Below, in pieces: positions 39,195 through 49,309 of a stretch of DNA of 64,000 bases. The stretch covers positions 236,160,001 through 236,224,000 of the forward strand of contig NC_086097.1 in NCBI RefSeq assembly GCF_963921235.1, in the 5' to 3' direction. Below the pieces are notes generated by a model that saw only the letters and a program-made list of their open reading frames with translations, had not been told where the DNA came from and searched no databases. Position numbers and translations under genes: made by a program. Within the stretch, counting starts at the first letter, position 1; each line of letters opens with the position of its first letter. Origin of the DNA: Mobula hypostoma. Lineage: Eukaryota.

Positions 39195-40740
39195 GCACGC
39201 AAACACGAGGAAATGGCCAAATGCTGGAAATTCAAGCAACGCACATCAACGTTGCTGGTGAACGCAGCAGGCCAGGCAGCATTTCTAGGAAGAGGTACAG
39301 TTGACGTTTTGGGCCGAGACCCTTCGTCAGGACTAACTGAAAGAAGAGCTAGTAAGAGATTTGAAAGAGGGAGGGGGAGAGGGAGATCCAAAATGATAAC
39401 AGAAGACAGGAGGGGAAGGGATAGAGCCAAGAGCTGGACAGGTGTTTGGCAAAAGGGATACGAGAGGATCATGGGACAGGAGGCCTAGGAAGAAAAAAAA
39501 GCCGGGGGGGGGGAACCCAGGGGATGGGCAAGGGGTATAGTGAGAGGGACAGAAGGAGAAAAAGGAGAGAGAAAAAGAATGTGTGTATATAAATAAATAA
39601 CGGATGGGGTATGAGGGGGAGTTGGGGCATTAGCAGAAGTTTGAGAAGTCAAGGTTCATGCCATCAGGTTGGAGGCTACCCAGACGGAATATAAGGTGCT
39701 GTTCCTCCAACCTGAGTGTGGTTTCATCTTTACCGTAGAGGAGACCGTGGATAGACATATCAGAATGGGAATGGGACGTGGAATTAAAATGTGTGGCCAC
39801 TGGGAGAGCCTGCTTTCTCTGGCAGACGGAGTGTAGGTATTCAGCGAAATGATCTCCTAGTCTGCGTCGGGTCTCGCCAGTATATAGAAGACCACGTCGG
39901 GAGCACCAGACGCAGTATATCACCCCAGCCAACTCACAGGTGAAGTGTCGCCTCACCTGGAAGGACAGTCCGGGGCCCTGAATGGTGATAAGGGAGGAAG
40001 TGTAAGGGCATGTGTAGCATTTGTTCCAAGACAGCTTATCTACTGATGTCTACTATAAGCCTACTGACTCTCACAGCTATCTGGAGTATTCCTCTTCTCA
40101 CCCTGTCTCTTGCAAAAATACCATCCCCTTCTCGCAATTCCTCCGTTTCCACCGCATCTACTCTCAGGATGCGGCTTTTCATTCCAGGACGAGGGAGATG
40201 TCCTCCTTTTTTAAAGAAAGGGGTTTCCCTTCCTCCACCATCAACTCTGCTCTCAAACGCATCTCCCCCATTTCATGTACATTTGCTCTCACTCCATCCT
40301 CCCGCCACCCCACTAGGAACAGGGTTCCTCTTGTCCTTACCACCCCACCAACCTCCGGGTCCAACATATTATTCTCCGTAACTTCCGCCACCTCCAACGG
40401 GATCCCACCACTAAGCACATCTTTCCCTCCCCCCCGCCGCTTTCCGCAGGGATCGCTCCCTACGCGACTCCCTTGTCCATTCGTCCCCCCATCCCTCCCC
40501 ATCGATCTCCCTCCTGGCACTTATCCTTGTAAGTGGAACAAGTGCTACACATGCCCTTACACTTCCTCCCTTACCCTCCTGTCTTCCCCTATCATTTTGG
40601 ATCTCCCACTTTCAAATCTCTTACTGGCTCTTCTTTTAGTTAGTCCTGACGAAGGGTCTCGGCCCGAATCGTCGACTGTACCTCTTCCTAGAGATGCTGC
40701 CTGGCCTGCTGCGTTCACCAGCAACGTTGATGTGTGTTGT
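39195..40740. mobile_element. Young PLE with inverted architecture (- arm 39195-40020, + arm 40021-40740)
   Basis: Minus arm: GIY-YIG plus pLTR. Plus arm: RT thumb LSTDVYYKPTDSHSYL...HP...IPFSQFLR, then pLTR. 9-bp TSD ttcactgta (39186-39194 and 40741-40749); hammerhead motifs at 39299-39334 (-) and 40642-40677 (+), each with a core substitution. Confidence 0.93.
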
Positions 40741-41517
40741 TTCACTGTAACAGATTATCACTCTGTTAAACTGCACCATTGGGAGTTTGCCGATGCTAGA
40801 AAAGCCCTTTCCAGCACAACGTTTTCTTTGTGTTGGCACAGTACCGCTAGAGGTTTAAACTAAAGTTTTTACTTGCATTATCTTGAGAAATTTCTTCACT
40901 GAAATTCATTTCAGCCTGAGAACTGGATGGTATACTGTTTAAATTTTTAAAGACAAGGCTGGCAAGTTGCACTATGCGTGCCTTCATCTCTTGCACCCTG
41001 TGATTCATTGACCAATATGAAGTCGATGATCTCAGTTTTAGCACTGTCTCAACTGTGGACACTGTCATGGAGTCTGGCGGCTCTCATGGGAGGGCAGCTG
41101 AAAGACGATGACAATCATGCATGTGAGAATGCACACAATCCAGCCAATTAGAGTTTCTTTGTAGCTGGATTTAACTCTCATCCTTTTGTTTCAGTGCTGT
41201 AAAGTATTGATTGAAACACCATGCAAAAGCGCTCCCACTTACCTTATACTATGTTCCAGGAAAGAAGATTAGTAATTTAGATTGATGCTGTTAGAAGAGG
41301 GGGAATAATTTAGTTCTACATTACTGCTTTTGAGCCGGAGTGACGGTGTTCGTTTTCAGTTAGTTTGAGAGCTTTAGTTAGCAGCCCTGTTAGCCCAGCA
41401 TTTATTATTTACCTTTGTTCTGCACAGATCTGAGTGAACTGTTCATTCCGAGTCTGTGGCTCTCCCTCTCCCGCACTGCCCTTCAAGCCACTCTGCCCCA
41501 GCAGCCCCTGATAAACC

Positions 41518-42670
41518 TGCCACAGCTCTACACACCGTCCTTACACATCTGGAGAAGAAGGATGCTCATGTGAGAATGCTGTTCTTGGACTACAGTTCAG
41601 CATTCAACACCAAAACTCCATCAAGGCTTGAAAGGAAGCTCAGAGACCTCAGCCTTGACCCTGCCTTGTGTAGCTGGATTCTTGACTTCCTGTCGGATCG
41701 CCAGCAGCTGGTAAGAGTGGGCTCCCTCACCTCTGCCCCTCTAATCCTCAACACAGGTGCTCCTCAGGACGGTGTACTAAGTCCCCTCCTTTACTCTCTG
41801 TATACCCATGACTCTGTCACCACCCACAGCTCCAATCTACTAATTAAATTTGCAGATGACACTACACTGATCAGCCTTATCTCAAACAATAATGAGGCAG
41901 CCTACAGAGAAGAACTCATCACCCTGACACAGTGGTGTCAAGAAAGCAACCTCTCCCTCAATGTCGCAAAAACAAAGGAGCTGGTTGTGGACTACAAGAG
42001 GAATGGAGACAGGCTAACCCCTATTGACATCAATGGATCTGGGGTTGAGAGGTTGGGCAGCTTTGAGTTTGTCATACACATCACTGAGGATCTCACATGG
42101 TCAGTAAATACTGGCTGTGTGGTGAAAAAAGGCACAGCAGCGTCCCTTCCACCTCAGATAATTGAGGAAGCTTGGTATGGGCCCCCAAATCCTAAGAACT
42201 TTCTATAAGGACACAATTGAGAGCATCCTAACTGGCTGCATCACTGCCTGGTATGGGAACTGTACTTCCCTCAATCGCAGGACTCTGCAAAGTTTGGTGC
42301 AGACAGCCCAGCACATCTGTAGATATGAGCTTCCCACTATTCAGGACATTTACAAAGACGAGTGTGTAAAAAAGGCTCAAAGGATCATTGGGGACCCGAG
42401 TCACCCCAACCACAATCTGTTCTAGTTGTTACATCCAGGAAATGGTATTGCAGCATAAAAGCCAGGACCAACAGGGTCCGGGATAGTTTCTTCCCACCAG
42501 GCCATCAGACTGACTAATTCATACAGACATAACTGTATTTCTATGTTATATTGACTGTTTATTACAAATTACTATAAATTGCACATTGCACATTTAGTCG
42601 GAAGCATAACGTAAAGATTTTTACTCCTCAAGTATGTGAAGGATGTAAGAAATAAAGTCAATTCAATTCA
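41518..42670 (+). mobile_element. Rex1/Babar LINE 3' part
   Basis: ALHTVLTHLE...MLFLDYSSAFNT...GAPQDGVLSPLLYSLYTHD...KFADDT; aataaagtcaattcaattcaa tail. Confidence 0.92.
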
Positions 42671-44256
42671 AGTCTCCCTTTCAAGGGCCCAACAACTCTT
42701 GTTCTCAATATTATTTTTGCACAATTTATCTTATTTTGCACATCGGTTGTTTGTTATTCTTTGTTCCTGTATAGTTTTTCATATATCCCACATAGTTCTG
42801 TGTTTTTTGCATCATGCCTTCAAGAGGGTGAACCCAAAAAAAAACATCTGGCCTCGACGGGGTCCCTGGCCAAGTGCTAAAGACTTGTGCTGAATAACTA
42901 GCTGGAGATCTTTAGCCTCTCACTTCGGCAGTCTGAGCTGTCCACCGGCTTCAGACAGGCTTCGATTACACAAGTGCCTAAGCAGAACGTGGTGACTTGC
43001 CTCAGTGACTATTGTCCAGTAACACTCACATTGACAGTGATGAATTGTCTTGACAGGTTTTTTGATGAAAGGCAGAGGAGGTGGAGTATGCTCTATGATC
43101 AACTCCTTGTGGTGTATGAACGTTGTGTGCTGTCCCAGTCTTGCTCACCCAGCCTGGAATTATCTCATGATGAAATGTCATCCATTTTATCTGCCACAGA
43201 AGTTTTCAGTCATCGGTCTCAGTAGTGGTGTACATCCCAGCTCAGGCCAGGTTAAAACAGGCTCCAAATGAACTGAGGCATAAAAAAAACAGACATGTAA
43301 CAGCCCATCCTGATACTTTCCCCATCATTTTGGGGGATTTTAACCAGGCCAGCTTGAAAAAAAAATCTCTAAATGATTATTACCAATAAATCACTTGTAG
43401 TACCAGAAGTACCAACACACTGGACCACTGTTACACCACCATCAAGAGCACTTATCCTGCTATCCCACACCCACACTTTGGGAAGTCTGATCACCTGGCT
43501 GCACTTCTATTCCCTTAGTATAGGAACAGTCTAAAGACTGCAGCATCAGTAGTGAGGACCAAGAAGATATGGACAAGGGAAACACAAGAGTGCTTACAGG
43601 ACTGGTTTGAATTGGTAGACTGGACTGTATTCAGGGATTCATCTTTGAGTCTGAATGAATACACCACAGCTCTCACTGACTTCATTAAAATCTGTGTGGA
43701 TGAGGATGTGCCTAGGAAAACATACAGTACCCAAATCAAAAGCCATGGATAAACCAAGAAGTCTATAGTTTGTTGAGGGCATTCAAGTTTGATGACCCAG
43801 GACTCTACAAGAAAACCAGGTATGACTTACGGAAGGTGATCTCAAGACCTAAGGAACAATTCCAAATGAGATTGGAGGCAGAATTGAATGCATGTCAACT
43901 CTGGCAGGGTTTGCAAGCCATTACTTCCTAAAAAGCTAAACCTAACAATATGAATGGAGGTGATGCTTCCTCACAGATGAGGAGTTCAATACCTTTTATG
44001 CTCACTTTGAAAGGGAGAATAAAACCACAGCCATGAAGATCCCTGCAGCAATGGTGACCTTGTGATCTCTGTCGCAGAGGCCAAAGTCAGTCTGTCTTTT
44101 CAGAGGGTGAACCGTCACAAGGAGACAGACCCCAATCAAATAGCTGGTAAGGCTCTGAAAATCTGTGGAGTTGTTCAAAGACATTTTCAATCTCTCATTG
44201 CTACAGCTGGAAGTTTCTGCCAACTTCAAAAGGGCAACAATTATACCAGAGCCCAA

Positions 44257-45117
44257 TAACTTTGGAGGGGCAGAGTGAAATTATGATGGCGCTAAATGGC
44301 GACTCATTTGTTTGCATCTTCAGAAAAGCTGTACTTCTATCTTTGATATTTCTTATTTTCCTTTTCAGGGTTCTTTTGAAGACCCTGAACCGGAATTACA
44401 TTCTGGCTTCAGTTCTTTGCAGGAATGGGACCTAATCTCATGGCCACATGACTGGCCACTTTTTGATATCCTAAGGACGCATTCCAGAATAGCAGCGTGG
44501 CTTCAGGGTGCCGGATTTTCGTGGCTCTGGAGATGGGCTGATTCTAGGCTGGTGCCCCTAACTGAGGCAGCGTGGGAGAACACGGAAAATCAGGAGCAAC
44601 GGGTTAGCTGCCGTGGGCTGTGTGTCCAGAGACCTAAGCCTTTCTGGGGCCGACCCTCTGGGCGCAAAGAGCTTGGAAAAAGCGACGCAACAAACTTTTA
44701 ACATCATAAATCAATGAGTTGTTTGTTATGTCTCCTCTCTCGCTGTGAAATGGACACATCTCTTTTCCCTTATTAGAGAGAGAGAGAGAGCCTGTGGTAA
44801 GTCGAATTAGCAGGTGAACGAGTAGTCTTTGGGGTACAGTAAGTCTGTGTTTTTATTAATACTTTGCTGCATGCTTGAGTGCTCGGTGGGGGGTGCCGCT
44901 GCTTTTTTGCTAGTGTGGGGGGTCATTGCCTTGCTGCTGCTTGTGCGTGGGAGGGGGGTGCTGGGGATGCTTTGGGGGTTCTAATGTTTAATTGTCATTC
45001 ATTCTTTGGGGCACTCTTCTGTTGTCAAGGATGTTTGTGAAGAAAAAGAATTTCAGGATATATGTATATTCTATACATTTCTTTGACATTAAATGTACCT
45101 ATTGAAACCTATTGAAG
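44257..45117 (+). mobile_element. Non-autonomous LINE-tailed element inserted into the Rex1/Babar copy
   Basis: Interrupts host ccagagcccaa|gaaagctggatgagctgccttaatgac; gatggcg start motif; 3' attaaatgta(cctattgaaa)x2 tail; no recognisable ORF. Confidence 0.6.
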
Positions 45118-45609
45118 AAAGCTGGATGAGCTGCCTTAATGACTATTTTCCAGTAGCATTCATGTCTACGATGACAAGGCTTTGGGAGATCGGTTGTGTC
45201 TAGAATCAGCTCCTACCTCAGCAAAGACCTGGACCCACTGCAATTTGCCAATCGGAACAATAGGTCAGTGGCGGATGTGATCTCATTGGCTCTTCACATG
45301 CCCTTGGATCACCTGGATAATGCTAATACCTATGTCAGTACACTGTTTGTTGACTACAGCTTAGTGTTTAACACAATCATTCCTACAGTCCTGGTTGAAA
45401 AGCTACAGAACCAAGGCCTCTGTACCTCCCTCTGCAACTGGATCATTGGCTTCCTAACTGGAAGACCACAATTTGTGGGGAGTGGAAATGATATCTCCAA
45501 CTCACTGACAATCAATACTGGTGCAGCTCAGGAATGTGTGCTTAGCCCATTGCTTTACTCTCTCTACATCCATAAATAAGCACAGCTGAAATGCCATCTA
45601 TAAATTCCC

Positions 45610-45830
45610 TCACTGTCTGTAAGGAGTTTGTATGTTTTCCCCATGACTGCATGGATTTCCTCCCAATACTCTGGTTTCCTCCCACAGTCCAAAGACATAT
45701 TGGTTAGTTGGTTAATTGGTCATTGTAAATTATCCCATGAAGAGGCTAGGTTTAAACTGGGAGATTGCTGGTCAGTGTGACTTGAAGGGCATGAAGGGCC
45801 TTTCCCGCACTGCATTTCAATAAATAAATT
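45610..45830 (+). mobile_element. HE1-like SINE body
   Basis: ctgtaaggagtttgtatgttttcccc...ctggtttcctcccacagtccaaagac...gaagggcctttcc...aataaataaa. Confidence 0.7.
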
Positions 45831-46699
45831 TAAAAATTTGCTGCTGACACAACTATTGTTGGCAGCATTTCATATGGAAGCAAGAGGGCGTTCAGGAGTG
45901 AGGTATATCAGCTAAATGAGTGGTGGCGCAGCAACAACCTTCTGCTCTACGCCAGTGAAACCAAAGAACTGCTTGTGGACGTAAAGGGTAAGGCATACCA
46001 GTCCTCATAGAAGGATCAGAAGTGGAAAGGGTGAGCAATTTCAAGTTCCTGAATGTCAATATCTCTCAGGACCTATACTGAGCCCAACCTATTAACCTTA
46101 ATAAGCTGTAAAGAAGGCATGACAGCGGCTATAATTCATTAGGAGTTTGAGGAAATTTGTTATGTGGCCAAAGACACTTGCAAATTTCTACCGATGTACT
46201 GCGAAGAGCATCTTAACTGGCTGCAACACCATCTGGTATGGGGGTGGGGTGCGACTGCACAGGATCGAAATAAGCTGCTGGGACTCGTAAGCTTAGTCAG
46301 CTCCACCAAGGGCGATAGCCTCGGTAATATCCAGGACATCGTGGAGAAGTGATGCCTTAAAAAAGGGGCAACCATCATTAAGGACCCCCATCACCCAGGA
46401 CTTGCCTTTTTCTCATTGTGACCATCAGGAAGGAGGTACAGGAGCCTGAAGGCTCACACTCAATGCTTCTGTTTCCCTCTGCCATCCAGTTTCAACCACC
46501 GAAAGCTATCTCACTACTTTTTTATTTTTATTTTGCACTACTTATTTCATTTAACTATCTAATCTAGATATACCTACCGCATTTCACGTTATTTTTTTCT
46601 ATTATTTTGTATTGCATTGTTCTACTGCCAAAAAGACAACAAATTTCACAACAGAGATATTAAATCTGATTCTGATTCTGATTCTGAAACAGTTACAAA

Positions 46700-47800
46700 A
46701 TACACATGGACTAAGATGTTAACTGCCCTGTGCTATCACCAGTGGGATCATCAGTTCATCTGCCACCTGTCTTCAGGAGTTTCGGCCCACTTATGATCAA
46801 GGCTCCCTCAAGCTGGTGGGCCAGCAGTGCTAAAGCACCACCTCCCACTGGTGAGCTTAAAAACTTGACATCTGCCTCTATCAGAGTTGTTGATCACTTC
46901 CATCCAACAGATAGTCTGCTCTTCAGGTGTCTATGCAACTACTGAAGGATTTGCAAGATATGTATACACTGTCTGGCTATCTGCCCCTCTGGACATATTT
47001 GGTCCACACCCATGCTGATCCTTTCTCTGCTGCCTCAGCTACAGCCCTGCTGGTTGACTTGATCTCTCTTCTAGTGAAGCCAAGGTCACGCAGCCACTTC
47101 TGGAGAGTGAACACAATAAACCCACGGCAGCCTACTTCGAATGGATAGCAAGAGACCTTCCACCCTTTGTCTCTGCACTCTGATCTCAACTCTGCATACT
47201 TGGTTAACTTGCACTCATGGGCTTCATCGATGTTGTCTTCCCAGGGGACTGTGAGTTCACCAATAACCACTTCTCTACTGGTGTCAGACCATACGATTAT
47301 ATCTGGACGCAATGTTGTAAAAGCTATTTGCTCCGGGAAACTGCCTTTCCCATCCAAGTCAGCCTTGACACATCAATCATTGGCTGAAGAAAGTGTGCTT
47401 GATCGTGAGCCTGTGCTTCACACCCTTGACTTGGAGCCTTCTTTCACAAATGATATCTCCTTCTGGCGCCTGCTTGGTTGCTGTGTAGGCTTTGTTTTCT
47501 TCAACTCAACCAAACCAAACCTGTACTTTCCAACATCGTAAATCATATCGCCCATCACTTCCAACTTTCTCTTTGATATTCCCCTGAGCGTGTTCTCCAA
47601 CATCATACTGATATCCTCATCAAATACACGCCAAGCCTTCTCATCTGCCATTGTTGGCCACTTGACCTTCCTCTTCTTCTCTACCTCCTCGCCACCGCCA
47701 TCATGTGAAGAATCTACCTGGGTACTGTGGTCTGAAACCTGACCTGGGTTATCTCTCGTCTGACCTGGAGTATGATGACGCTCACCAGTGTGAATCGCTG
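46700..47800 (-). mobile_element. Internally deleted HERO-like (R2-group, RLE) non-LTR retrotransposon
   Basis: LRPDIIVWS...ELTVPWED...KLTKY...GW...FEVGCRGF restriction-like endonuclease; N-terminal VKWP...W..FDED block; no RT between them. Confidence 0.8.
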
Positions 47801-49150
47801 TGGCTTGTGAAACATATGAATTCCTAGCTGAGAAGCAACCTGGTTCTGCTCCAGTTTGCTTACCAGCACAACAGGTCCATTTCATTGGCTCTTCACTCAA
47901 CCCTGGAACATCTGCACAGCAAAGATGCACACAGCAGTATGCTCTTTATCAACTATGGATCAGCATTCAATACTATTATCCCCTTAAAACTAATCAATAA
48001 GCTTCTGGATCTTGGCCTCCATACTCCCTTGTGCAATTAGATCCTCTATGTCCTGAACTGCAGACCTCAGTCAGTTTGGACTGACAACAACGTCTCCTCC
48101 ACAATCTCCATCTGCACAAGTACACCACAAGGCTGGGTACACAAGCCGCCTGCTCCGCTTGCTTTACACTCATGACTGTGTGGCTAAGCATAGACCCAAT
48201 GCTATATACAATTTTTCTGATAACGACATTGCCATAGTCCAATCAACGGTGGTGACAAATCAGCACATAGGAGGGAGATTGAAAATCTGGCTGAATGGTG
48301 ACACAACAACAACCACTTACTTAATTTCAGCAAGACCAAGAAGCCGATTATTGACTTCAGGAGGAAGAAACAGGAGGTCCATGAGTCAGTCCTCATTGGG
48401 AAAATCAGAGTTGGAGAGGATCAGTAAATTTAAATTCCTTGGTGTTATCATTTCAAAGGACCTATCCTGGGTACAGCACGTAAGTGCGATTATGAAGAAA
48501 GTGCCTTTACTTTCTTAGGAGTTTGTGAAGATTCGGCATAACACTAAATCTTTGACAAACTTCTACAGATCTGTGGTGCCAAGTACACTGACTGGCTGCA
48601 CCACAGCCTTGAATTGAAATACCAATACCCTTGAAAGGAAAATCCTATGAAAAGTAATGGATGCGGCCCAGCACATTACAGATAAAGCCTTCCCCACCAT
48701 TGAGCATACCTACACGGACTATTGTTGCGGGAAAGCGGTATCCATCGTCAGCAACCCCCACCACCCAGATCATGCTCTCTTTTTTCTGCTGCCATCAGGA
48801 AGATACAGGAGCCTCAGAACTCACACCACCAGTAGCAGTTATTATCTTTCAACCACCAGGCCCTTGAACCAAAGTGGGTAACTTTACTAACTTCACTTGT
48901 CCCATTATTGAACTGTTTCACAGCCAAAGTATTCCCTTTCAAGGATTCGCATGTTCTGGATATTTATCTCTTAATTATTTATTATTATTAGTTATTGTCT
49001 TTTGCATGTTGGTTGTCCACCCTTTTGGTGTGGCCTTTCATTCATTCTTTTACAGTATATTGGATTTACTGAACATGCCCTCAAGAAAAAGCACAGGGTT
49101 TTATATGGTGACATAGCACTTTGGTAATAAATTTGCTTTAAACTTTGTAA
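47800..49150 (+). mobile_element. Degraded Rex1/Babar LINE
   Basis: [52 protein letters not shown]. Confidence 0.85.
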
Positions 49151-49309
49151 ATTAATCTCAAGGTAGTGAATGGTGACATATACATTCATAGTCTAAAGTA
49201 AATGCATTCCCAAAATATATATATGTCACTTTGTACCACCAAGAGATTCATTTTTGTGCAGACGTTCACAGTAAAACAAAGAAATACAACTTTGTGATAA
49301 TATAAAGAT

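Larger units (their letters stand above)
42820..46686 (+). mobile_element. Degraded Rex1/Babar LINE(s) with nested insertions
   Basis: LQDWFELVDWTVF, DLDPLQFA...LFVDYSLVFNTI, ECVLSPLLYSLY; (attctg)n tail at 46668-46686. Confidence 0.82.

Noticed and set aside
38678..39472. 264-aa ORF that looks like a novel protein
   Set aside because: Chance read-through from the PLE pLTR into the adjacent CR1 RT fragment
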